Part shown: positions 40,540-48,570 of the stretch, piece by piece
Numbering within the stretch: the first letter of the stretch is position 1
Layout: each line of letters starts with the position of its first letter
Source: Candidatus Eiseniibacteriota bacterium
GTDB taxonomy: Bacteria; Eisenbacteria; RBG-16-71-46
Assembly: GCA_041483195.1 (NCBI GenBank)
Contig: JBGPFC010000032.1
Location: forward strand, 1 to 48,570
Length of the DNA: 48,570 nt
Direction: 5' to 3'
Program-made: the position numbers and the translations under genes
The notes under the pieces: generated by a model
Seen by the model: only the letters and a program-made list of their open reading frames with translations
Told to the model about the DNA's origin: nothing
Database searches by the model: none

Positions 40540-41999
40540 GACGGCTGGCCTTGGTGCTGGCGCTCCTGCTGCCGCTGACGGCCGAAGCCGCCGCTGCGAA
40601 GGACGCTCCCGGGAGCGGTGACGCCGCGATGTCGATCGGGCAGATGCTGACCGTGCATTCGGATCGTTACGAAGTGGTCCTCAAGAGCAAACCGCTGCGG
40701 CCGGGTCTTAAGGACTCCCTGGATCTCTATCTCAGCGACTTTCGAACGAACGCACCCATCGCACGCGCCACGATCGCGCTGAGCCTCCGCTCCAATGGCA
40801 AGGAACTCTGGACGGGGTCTGCCCTCGCGACCACTCGAGCGGGGATCTTCGTGGTGCCATTCACGGCCCCAGCGGACACCGGCTCATTCACCCTCCTGGT
40901 GACGATTGCCGCCGCAACCGGAGAGGTGGAACGCTTCGCGCTCTCCGATCTGCGGGTGAGTACCGAGCGCTCCGAGGCCAACACCTCGGCGCCTCGCGGG
41001 TTCCCCTGGAGCTGGCTGCTGGTCGGGGCCCTCGCATTCCTCGTTGGCTTGCTGGTGGTAGCGCGGCGGCGAATGCCGGCGATTGGAGCGGCTTTCATTC
41101 TGTGCCTGCTTCTCGCACCGAACGCTCGTGCGCATGCGGGTCACGATGATGCACCTGCCTCATCCGGCACGCCGGTCGGCCCCGGAGTGCAGGTGTTCGT
41201 CTCGAAGGCGTCCCAGTTCCTCATGGGGATCCGCACCGAGCCGCTCCAGCATCAGCCGGTGCAGAAACGGCTGAGCGTGCTGGGACGCGTCGCTCCCCGC
41301 GGCGGGGGCGAGATCGAGATCGTGGCGCCACAATCGGGCCGCATCTTTTTCGCCGGCGACCAGGTGCCGGTGCTGGGCCAGAGCGTGACGAAGGGCCAGT
41401 CCATCGCGCGGCTGACGGTCGTCGACGATCTGACTCTTCGCGCGCCTTTGACCGGCGTCCTGACCGGCGTGTTCGTCGTGAACGGCCAGCTCGTCGAGGC
41501 GGGACAGAAGCTCATGACGGTGCTCGACCCCTCGGTCGTCTGGGTGCACGCCGATGTGTACGAGGCCGACATCGCAAGCGTGCAGCGCGCCACGCGTGCG
41601 GTCATCACGTCGCAGAGCATGCCGGACCTGGCCCTTGAAGGACGGCGCGTCGCGTTGGGTGTCACGCAGGGCGAGGTGCCCGGCGCGATCGAAGCGTGGT
41701 TCGAGGTTCCCAACCCGGGCGGTCGCCTGCGGATCGGGGCGCTCGTGGATGTGGGCATCGAACAGGGCGGTGCGGAGTCGGCGCTCGTGATTCCGCGGAG
41801 CGCCGTGTTCGAGAAGGACGGGCGGAAGCTCGTCTTCGTCCACACCACCCCCGAGCGGTTCACGGCGCGCGAGGTCTCCATGGTGACGATCTTGGGCGCG
41901 CGTGTCGCGGTGACCGGTGATCTGGCTCCGGGCGACCGTGTGGTCGTTTCGGGTGGTTACCCATTGCTGACGGCCCCGGTCGTCAGTCTCGGCCGCTGA
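40536..41999 (+). CDS. RND membrane-fusion protein with extra N-terminal periplasmic domain
   Basis: ATGA overlap; APQSGRI, LRAPLTG, VWVHADVYE, NPGGRLRIG, IPRSAV, GDRVVVSG. Confidence 0.88.
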   Translation: MRRLALVLALLLPLTAEAAAAKDAPGSGDAAMSIGQMLTVHSDRYEVVLKSKPLRPGLKDSLDLYLSDFRTNAPIARATIALSLRSNGKELWTGSALATTRAGIFVVPFTAPADTGSFTLLVTIAAATGEVERFALSDLRVSTERSEANTSAPRGFPWSWLLVGALAFLVGLLVVARRRMPAIGAAFILCLLLAPNARAHAGHDDAPASSGTPVGPGVQVFVSKASQFLMGIRTEPLQHQPVQKRLSVLGRVAPRGGGEIEIVAPQSGRIFFAGDQVPVLGQSVTKGQSIARLTVVDDLTLRAPLTGVLTGVFVVNGQLVEAGQKLMTVLDPSVVWVHADVYEADIASVQRATRAVITSQSMPDLALEGRRVALGVTQGEVPGAIEAWFEVPNPGGRLRIGALVDVGIEQGGAESALVIPRSAVFEKDGRKLVFVHTTPERFTAREVSMVTILGARVAVTGDLAPGDRVVVSGGYPLLTAPVVSLGR

Positions 42000-42010
42000 G
42001 GGGAGCCACC

Positions 42011-45000
42011 ATGCTCGATCGGATCATCCTGTTCGCGCTGAAGAATCGGTTGTTTGTGATCGCGGCAGCCGTGCTGCTCCTGGTTTACGGCGGCATGGTC
42101 ATCCTCCGACTTCCGGTGGATGTCTTTCCGGACCTCAATCGGCCCACGGTCACCGTGATGAGCGAAGCGCCGGGGCTCGCGCCCGAAGAAGTCGAGACAC
42201 TCGTCAGTCTTCCGATCGAGACCACTCTCAACGGCGCACCGGGCGTGGAGCGTGTCCGTTCCACGTCGGGCATCGGCCTCTCGGTGGTGACCGTGGAGTT
42301 CGCGTGGGGCACCGACATCTACCGCGATCGCCAGTTGGTGGGCGAGAAGCTCCAGCTCGCCTCCGAGCACATCCCCAAGGGTGTGGTGCCGGCCATGGGA
42401 CCCGTCTCGTCGATCATGGGCGAGATCATGCTGCTCGGACTCGAGAGCGCCACGGGCCAGACCTCGCCGATGGAGATGCGGACCCTGGCGGATTGGGTCG
42501 TGCGCCAGCGGCTCCTGACCATCCCGGGTGTCTCACAGGTGATCCCGATCGGCGGCGGGGTGAAGCAGTACCAGGTGCGCGTCAACCCACAGCGCCTGGC
42601 GGCGCTGGGCCTCTCACTGAAGGAGGTCGAACAGGCGGTCGGAGCGAGCAACGAGAACACGACCGGCGGCTACCTCGAGGCGCAATCTCAGGAGTACCTC
42701 ATCCGCAACCTCGGTCGCCTGCGGAATCCCGAGCAGCTCCTCAGCACAGTCGTCGCGACCCGCAACGGCGTGCCCGTGCTTCTGAAGGAAGTCGGCAGCG
42801 TGGGCATTGGCACGCTGGTCAAGCGCGGGGACGGCAGCGTGGATGGCCGGCCGGCGGTGATCCTCTCGATCCAGAAGCAGCCCGGCGCCAGCACCATCGA
42901 TCTGACACGGCGCATTGAGGATGCATTGACGGAGCTTCGACCCTCGTTGCCGAAGGATGTGCAGATGCGGCCGCTGTTCAGGCAGGCCAACTTCATCGAA
43001 GCGGCGATCCACAACGTGGAAGACGCACTCCGCGATGGCGCCATCCTCGTGCTCATCGTGTTGTTCCTCTTCCTGCTCAACTTCCGCACGACCGCAATCA
43101 CGCTGACCGCCATCCCGCTGTCCTTCGTCACAGCGGCCGTCGTGTTCCACATCTTCAACATCTCGATCAACACGATGACCCTGGGCGGCCTGGCCATCGC
43201 CATCGGCGAACTGGTCGATGATGCGATCGTCAACGTCGAGAACGTGTTCCGCCGCCTGCGGGAAAATCGACACGCCGCGGAGCCCCGACCGGCGCTCGAA
43301 GTGGTGTATCGGGCCTCGTCGGAGGTCCGCAACTCGATCGTGTACGCGACCATCCTCGTCGTGCTCGTGTTCATGCCCCTGTTTGCACTGAGCGGGATCG
43401 AGGGGCGGCTCTTCGCACCGCTCGGCGTGGCCTACATCGTCTCGATCATGGCCTCGTTCGTGGTCTCGCTGACCGTCTCGCCGGCGCTCTGTCTCTACCT
43501 GCTCCCAAAGGCGAAGGTCATGGCGGAGGAGAGGGATTCCTTCGTGGTGCGCCACCTCAAGCAATGGGATCGGAAGTTGCTGCACTTCACGCTGCCGCAC
43601 CCGGAAGTCGTGATCGGCGGGGCCGTGGTGCTGGTGCTCGCAGCAGGGGCCCTGGTCCCGCTGATGGGCCGCGAGTTCCTCCCGCCCTTCAACGAAGGCA
43701 CAGCGACCATCAATGTCATCGCCGCTCCCGGCACATCGCTCAGTGAATCCAATCGCATCGGTACGATCGCCGAGCAACAGCTCCTCAGCGTCCCCGAGGT
43801 CATCTCGACCGGGCGTCGCACCGGCCGCGCCGAGCTCGACGAACACGCGGAAGGGGTCCACTACACCGAGATCGACGTGGACTTCAAGCGCTCGAAGCGC
43901 AGCCGCGACGTGGTCATGGCCGACATCCGCTCGCGGCTGGGCGAGATCCCCGGTGTGTTCGTCAACATCGGCCAGCCCATCTCGCACCGTCTCGACCACC
44001 TGCTCTCTGGCGTGCGCGCCCAGATCGCGGTCAAGTTGTTCGGCAACGACCTGGACGTGCTGCGCGCCAAGGCGGCCGAGATCCAGGCGGCCATGGGGAC
44101 CGTTCCCGGCGTAGTCGATCTTCAAACCGAGAAACAGGTGCTGGTGCCGCAGGTCCGCATCGAGGGCGATCGAGGGGCGCTCGCCCGCTACGGACTCAAC
44201 GTCGGCGACCTGAACGAGGCGCTCGAGACTGCGCTGAACGGCCGAGTGGTCTCGCAAGTCCTCGAAGGCCAGCGGACGTTCGACCTGCTGGTGCGGTTCG
44301 ACGACGCCTCCCGGGGCAGCCTCGAAGCCATCCGGAATGCCCTGATCGACACGCCCTCCGGGGCCAAGGTGCCGCTCGATGCAGTCGCGTTGGTCGAAGA
44401 GTCGCGCGGGCCCAACGTGATCCAGCACGAGAACGTCCAGCGCCGAATCGTCGTCTCGGCGAACGTCGGCGGCAGGGACCTGGGGCGTGTGGTCGAGGAC
44501 ATCCGGAAGCAGGTGGGTGCAAGGGTCACGCTCCCGACCGGGTATTTCGTAACCTACGGCGGCCAGTTCGAGAGTCAGGAGTCCGCGACTCGCCTGATCG
44601 GCGTCCTCAGCCTGTTCTCGCTGGCGGCCATGTTCCTCGTGCTCTACGCGCACTTCCGCTACGTGTCGATCGTGCTCCAGATCCTGCTCAACATTCCGCT
44701 TTCGTTCATCGGCAGCGTCGTGGCGATCTTCCTCACCGGCGGGACGTTCTCGGTCGCCTCGATGGTCGGTTTCATCACGCTGACCGGCATCGCCTCGCGC
44801 AATACCATCATGATGATCTCCCATTACCTGCACCTCATGAAGGAAGAGGGGGAGGCGTTCGACATGCCGATGGTGGTGCGCGGTTCGCTCGAGCGTCTGG
44901 TGCCGGTGATGATGACGGCGCTGACCGCCGGGATGGCGCTGATCCCGCTGGTGCTGTCGAAGGGCGAACCGGGCAAGGAGATCCTCTACCCGGTCGCGAC

Positions 45001-45124
45001 GGTGATCGTCGGCGGTCTGATCAGCTCGACCCTGCTCAACACCATCGTCACGCCGGCGGTGTTCTATCGCTTTGGACGGAAGTCCGCTGAGAAATACCTC
45101 GCGGCGGGCTCGGAGGAGTCGTAG
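42011..45124 (+). CDS. Heavy-metal efflux RND permease (CusA/CzcA family)
   Basis: PVDVFPDL, APEEVE, AIGELVDDAI..VEN, EFLPPFNEG, ERLVPVMMTA; 1037 aa. Confidence 0.95.
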   Translation: MLDRIILFALKNRLFVIAAAVLLLVYGGMVILRLPVDVFPDLNRPTVTVMSEAPGLAPEEVETLVSLPIETTLNGAPGVERVRSTSGIGLSVVTVEFAWGTDIYRDRQLVGEKLQLASEHIPKGVVPAMGPVSSIMGEIMLLGLESATGQTSPMEMRTLADWVVRQRLLTIPGVSQVIPIGGGVKQYQVRVNPQRLAALGLSLKEVEQAVGASNENTTGGYLEAQSQEYLIRNLGRLRNPEQLLSTVVATRNGVPVLLKEVGSVGIGTLVKRGDGSVDGRPAVILSIQKQPGASTIDLTRRIEDALTELRPSLPKDVQMRPLFRQANFIEAAIHNVEDALRDGAILVLIVLFLFLLNFRTTAITLTAIPLSFVTAAVVFHIFNISINTMTLGGLAIAIGELVDDAIVNVENVFRRLRENRHAAEPRPALEVVYRASSEVRNSIVYATILVVLVFMPLFALSGIEGRLFAPLGVAYIVSIMASFVVSLTVSPALCLYLLPKAKVMAEERDSFVVRHLKQWDRKLLHFTLPHPEVVIGGAVVLVLAAGALVPLMGREFLPPFNEGTATINVIAAPGTSLSESNRIGTIAEQQLLSVPEVISTGRRTGRAELDEHAEGVHYTEIDVDFKRSKRSRDVVMADIRSRLGEIPGVFVNIGQPISHRLDHLLSGVRAQIAVKLFGNDLDVLRAKAAEIQAAMGTVPGVVDLQTEKQVLVPQVRIEGDRGALARYGLNVGDLNEALETALNGRVVSQVLEGQRTFDLLVRFDDASRGSLEAIRNALIDTPSGAKVPLDAVALVEESRGPNVIQHENVQRRIVVSANVGGRDLGRVVEDIRKQVGARVTLPTGYFVTYGGQFESQESATRLIGVLSLFSLAAMFLVLYAHFRYVSIVLQILLNIPLSFIGSVVAIFLTGGTFSVASMVGFITLTGIASRNTIMMISHYLHLMKEEGEAFDMPMVVRGSLERLVPVMMTALTAGMALIPLVLSKGEPGKEILYPVATVIVGGLISSTLLNTIVTPAVFYRFGRKSAEKYLAAGSEES

Positions 45125-45183
45125 GACCGCGCCCGACACGCGGGCCGGTCAACGTGTCGCACCCCAGGGCAAAGGAGACCCGA

Positions 45184-45696
45184 ATGGACGTCAACATGCG
45201 GAAGTGGGGCCTGCTCGCGGCCGCGGCGACGACTGTCGCCGTCGTCATTCTCACGGGTTGTTCGTCGAAGCAGGGTCAGTCGAATGCACCCGCGGCGGCT
45301 TCCCAGCCCACCCCTCAGGCCGCTCCCCCGACCGCCGAGACCGAGCACGGCGAGTCGGCCGAGGCGGTGACCCCGGCGGCCACGCTCGGGGGGATCTGGA
45401 CGCAGATCGCCGACGAGCAGACCAAGCTGTCCGCTGCGATCCAGAACGGCCAGCTCAAGGACGTCCACCATCTGGCGTTCGCGATTCGCGATCTCGTGGT
45501 GGCGGCGGCGGACAAGGCGAACACGGCAGCGCCGGCGGGTGCAGGCAAGCTCAACCGCATGGTCGAGCAGGTGAAGGCGTCGGCAACCAAGCTCGACGAA
45601 CTCGGAGATGCGGGCAACCTGAGCGGAACCGAGGCGGAGTACGCGAAGCTCGAAACGGTACTGGGCGCGATCAAGACGGCCACCGGAGGGAAGTGA
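45184..45696 (+). CDS. Helical lipoprotein, possible periplasmic metal-binding protein
   Basis: AAGGAG RBS; lipobox ILTGC; Ala/Pro linker; DVHH in a helical domain. Confidence 0.7.
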   Translation: MDVNMRKWGLLAAAATTVAVVILTGCSSKQGQSNAPAAASQPTPQAAPPTAETEHGESAEAVTPAATLGGIWTQIADEQTKLSAAIQNGQLKDVHHLAFAIRDLVVAAADKANTAAPAGAGKLNRMVEQVKASATKLDELGDAGNLSGTEAEYAKLETVLGAIKTATGGK

Positions 45697-45986
45697 TGCG
45701 GAGATCACGCAACGCTAAGGCGCTGCTTCGCGTGGTTCCCAGAGGTGCCGCGAATGGCTCCTGCGCCGCGATGTGCGCGAAGGGCGGGCAGGGACTCGCG
45801 TTTCTCGACGACGCCACGGGCGTCATCTACCCCCTGATCGCGAGTGCACACGGAGCCAATCCGAACGACGGGCTGCTGCCGCACCTCGGCATCCCCGTCC
45901 AGGTGAAGGGCGTGGTCTACCGCAAGGCCAGCAATGCCGTGTTGCTCATCCAGTCGGTGGCCGCAAGCCCCGCGAAGACCCGATAG
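45696..45986 (+). pseudogene. Probably internally deleted small CxxxC protein
   Basis: TGATG coupling; CAAMCAKGGQ...VQVKGVVYRK resembles the C-terminal half of a small exported family, but signal peptide and N-terminal half are missing. Confidence 0.45.
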
Positions 45987-46324
45987 AGGAGGATGAGATC
46001 GGAGGTAGCGCCAGAGCCGCCAATGGCAATCGAGTGATCCAGCAATGCGAGACATTCACCTGATGCGGAGGATGGAAACCTGTCAGTTCTGGCCGGTGGC
46101 CCGTCAAAGTGTCACGCGGATTCCGGCGTCGGCCGCGTGTGGTCCGGAGGGCAAAGGCAACGTAACGCTTTTCGGGCTCAAGCCATACCCGCAGCCGGTG
46201 CCACCGGCTCAACACCGGAAAGGGCTGCGGCCCGTCTCTTGCGTTGTGGTTTAATGGCAGTTGCCTGGTCGTGGTCGTCGGGTCGGTCGCTGAACGGCGA
46301 CAGGTGCTTCAGCCGGAGAATCCG

Positions 46325-46750
46325 ATGAGACGCATGCCGATTCCGAATCTCGTGCTTGCCGCGACACTCGCGCTGCTGTTGCCGCTCGAGCAGGCGCACT
46401 GCGCATGGATGGGATTGCAGAAGCATTCGGCACCGGCGGCAGCACCCTCACCCTCGGGGCACGAGTGCTGCGCGTCACCCACGACGCCCGAGCCGGATCA
46501 CGATTCGAAGCCGGAGAAGGCTCCGCAAGGTTGTGCTTGTGAACAACTGCCGACGGTAACAATGCCGACGGTCATCACGGCCGGCACGGAAGCCCCCTCG
46601 GTGACATCCATCGCGGTGCTCACCATCACCTCGGCCATCGCGCCGGTCTCGATCGTCAAGGAGACCGTTCCTGCGCTCGATGTCGGGAGCCCCCCACTCC
46701 CGGATGACCCCGCCGCGCACGGCCCGCGCGCGCCGCCCGCTTCCGCCTAA
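46325..46750 (+). CDS. Exported Cys/His-rich leader protein with C-terminal RAPP (DUF2946/CutF/CruR-like), copy 2
   Basis: GGAG RBS; LLPLEQAHCAWM, HECC, CAC, ends PRAPPASA; paralog of 38614. Confidence 0.75.
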   Translation: MRRMPIPNLVLAATLALLLPLEQAHCAWMGLQKHSAPAAAPSPSGHECCASPTTPEPDHDSKPEKAPQGCACEQLPTVTMPTVITAGTEAPSVTSIAVLTITSAIAPVSIVKETVPALDVGSPPLPDDPAAHGPRAPPASA

Positions 46751-46890
46751 CTCCGCACCTCCGCTGGCAGCGAGGCTCGTGCATTCGGCGCGTGCTCGCT
46801 CGCGAGACCTCTGACACCGACGGCACCGTGTCGCCGGGCTGTCACGCGGACGATCTGGGAACGCGCCTGCGTGCGCGCGGAAACGGGGGA
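46736..46890 (+). promoter_or_regulatory. Structured intercistronic RNA sequestering the second tolC ribosome-binding site
   Basis: CCCGCTTCCGC (46736-46746) pairs 10 of 11 with GCGGAAACGGG (46877-46887), overlapping the GGGGGA SD; internal TGACA/TGTCA-closed hairpin at 46812-46844. Confidence 0.55.
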
Positions 46891-46897
46891 TTCTCTC

Positions 46898-48196
46898 ATG
46901 AGGTCATTGGTATCGCGTGGCGTTGTCGCCCTGGCCACGGTGCTCGTCGCGGCGCCTCACGAAGCGAAGGCACTGGATCTCCAGGCCGCGCTGCGTGAGG
47001 TGGCAACGGCCAACCCGACGCTGGCGAGCCGGCGCGAGATGGTCGAGGCGGCCCGCCGCCGAGTCGCGCCCGCGGGGGCGTGGCAGTCTCCGATGATCGA
47101 GCTCGGTGCGATCAACGTGCCGACCAACGGGCGCTTCGACATGGAGCCCATGACCATGAAGATGGTCGGGATCGAGCAGCGCGTGCCCGTCTTCGGATCC
47201 AACCGACTGAGCCGCCGATCGGCGAACGCCGCCGCGCAAGCCGAGGGCGCCGGGTTGGAGATGGCGAACTACGAGCTCTTCTCGATGGCGTGGGAGGCGT
47301 ACGCCGACGCCTATTACTCAGGCCGACTCGCCGAATTGAGCCTCGACCACCGCGGCGATATGGACCAATTGGTCCGCTCCGCGCGGGCACGATACGAGTC
47401 CGGCAGTGGCCGGCTGGACGATGTGCTGCGCGCCGAGGCGGAACAGGCGCGGACGCTCTCCGACGTCGCCGGATTCGGGGCGGAAACGCAGGGCGCGCGG
47501 GCGCGACTCGCTGCCCTGATGGGTCGCGAATCCGCCGCACTGGCGGACTCGCTCGAGGTACCGCCGTCGCCGACCCCACCCGAGGACCCGATCTCCATAA
47601 TCACGTTGGTGAACGAGAACCACCCGCGGCTGCGCGAGCTGCGCGCGCAGGCGGACCGCTACCGGCTCGCCGCGCGTGCGGCGCGTCGGATGGTGTGGCC
47701 AGATCTCCAGACGGGCGTGTCCTACGGGATACGTCAGCCCATCATGGGGGTCGCTCAGGACAACATGTGGTCGGCCACCCTTGGTTTCATGCTGCCGGTG
47801 TTCGCCAAGCAGCGCGAGCTCTCGGAGGGTTCCGAGATGGACGCGATGGCCCGCGCGTCCGAGAGCGAGCTGCGCGCCGCGACACTCGACCTGGACCAGC
47901 AGGCTCGCGGCCTGCACGCCAGCGCGCGTTCAGACTCGCGCACGGTTTCGTTGCTGGCGGACACGGTCGTGACGACCCAGCGTCGTGCGGTCGCCGCGTC
48001 GCAGAGCGCATACAACGCCGGTGCCACCGACCTGTGGCGCGTGTTCGAGGCGACCCACGCGCTTTACAACGAGGAAGTCGCGCTGATCCGCGCCCGTCAG
48101 GATCTCGCGCGCGTCGAGTCCAAGTTGCTCGCCATCACGGCTCGCGGAGATCTGTTCGGCCTGACCCTGCCCGAGATCAAGAGGAGCGATCGATGA
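46898..48196 (+). CDS. TolC family outer-membrane efflux protein (Cu/Ag-type, Met-rich)
   Basis: ANPTL, DMEPMTMKMVGIEQRVP, RYESGSG, NHPRL, LPVF; ATG 46898. Confidence 0.88.
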   Translation: MRSLVSRGVVALATVLVAAPHEAKALDLQAALREVATANPTLASRREMVEAARRRVAPAGAWQSPMIELGAINVPTNGRFDMEPMTMKMVGIEQRVPVFGSNRLSRRSANAAAQAEGAGLEMANYELFSMAWEAYADAYYSGRLAELSLDHRGDMDQLVRSARARYESGSGRLDDVLRAEAEQARTLSDVAGFGAETQGARARLAALMGRESAALADSLEVPPSPTPPEDPISIITLVNENHPRLRELRAQADRYRLAARAARRMVWPDLQTGVSYGIRQPIMGVAQDNMWSATLGFMLPVFAKQRELSEGSEMDAMARASESELRAATLDLDQQARGLHASARSDSRTVSLLADTVVTTQRRAVAASQSAYNAGATDLWRVFEATHALYNEEVALIRARQDLARVESKLLAITARGDLFGLTLPEIKRSDR

Positions 48197-48570
48197 ACAC
48201 GAACGATGAAACCACGCCGAGCGGCGGCGAGTCTCCGGGACACGCCGGCCCGGCCCCACCCTCGTCGGTCCACCAGCCACCGCCGGGGGCGCACTTCATG
48301 AACATCCTGCGCTGGACGTTGTTCGCATTCCTCCTCGTGCTCGCCGTCGTGAGCATCGGCAGCTATGCGATGTCCCGGCGGCCCGCGCCGGCCGCCAAAC
48401 AGGCGACGAAGGTGGTGTGGCAGTGCCCGATGCATCCCAGCTACACCTCCGACAAGCCCGGCGATTGCCCGATCTGCGGCATGACGCTCGTGCCCATCCA
48501 GCCGAACGGATCAACGGGCGGCGCGGCCGAGCCATCCGGCCCGCGCCGGATCCTCTACTACCGGAATCCG
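48193..48570 (+). CDS. CusB-like membrane-fusion protein, N-terminal part (runs off window)
   Basis: Own translation from ATG 48193: TM helix, heavy-metal binding domain WQCPMHPSYTSDKPGDCPICGMTLVP, then RILYYRNP. Confidence 0.85.
   Translation, partial: MNTNDETTPSGGESPGHAGPAPPSSVHQPPPGAHFMNILRWTLFAFLLVLAVVSIGSYAMSRRPAPAAKQATKVVWQCPMHPSYTSDKPGDCPICGMTLVPIQPNGSTGGAAEPSGPRRILYYRNP

Noticed and set aside
42011..45124. Assigning czcA or cusA as a gene symbol
   Set aside because: The TM4 motif GELVDDAI differs from both archetypes; substrate needs phylogeny
45993..46037. 14-codon ORF MRSEVAPEPPMAIE behind a strong GAGGAGG
   Set aside because: No recognisable motif; could be a gene stub but cannot be supported
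38463..48570. Calling the metal block a defined mobile element
   Set aside because: No integrase, transposase, att site or terminal repeat is visible in the window

Overview
High-GC bacterial chromosome segment. The C-terminal sorting domain of 5208-7790 and the overall composition suggest an FCB-group lineage such as Candidatus Eisenbacteria; this is inference and was not tested. Positions 157-38305 are core-like genes: a GT51 transglycosylase, fhs, membrane proteins, a secreted BNR/PPC protein, an argR-argC-argB-argD-argG-argH(A)-argF operon with tandem ARG boxes and an ArgH-GNAT fusion but no argE/argJ, several exported peptidases and amidohydrolases, an MFS transporter, a Ser/Thr kinase with a TolB-like propeller, a ferritin-like protein, an outer-membrane beta-barrel and a CPA2 antiporter. 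At about 38463 a cupredoxin-like gene is cut off, and a less GC-extreme heavy-metal block begins with two TolC-MFP(-RND) efflux operons. The most notable feature is that each efflux operon is preceded by a paralogous ~140-aa exported Cys/His-rich ORF ending PR(S/A)PPxSA-stop. In both cases the codons at or just after that motif are complementary to the Shine-Dalgarno of the downstream tolC. This looks like a metal-sensing ribosome-arrest (RAPP-type) translational switch present twice. No rRNA, tRNA, CRISPR array, transposase or integrase was seen. Many start codons were moved from the supplied ORF track using RBS position and protein logic.
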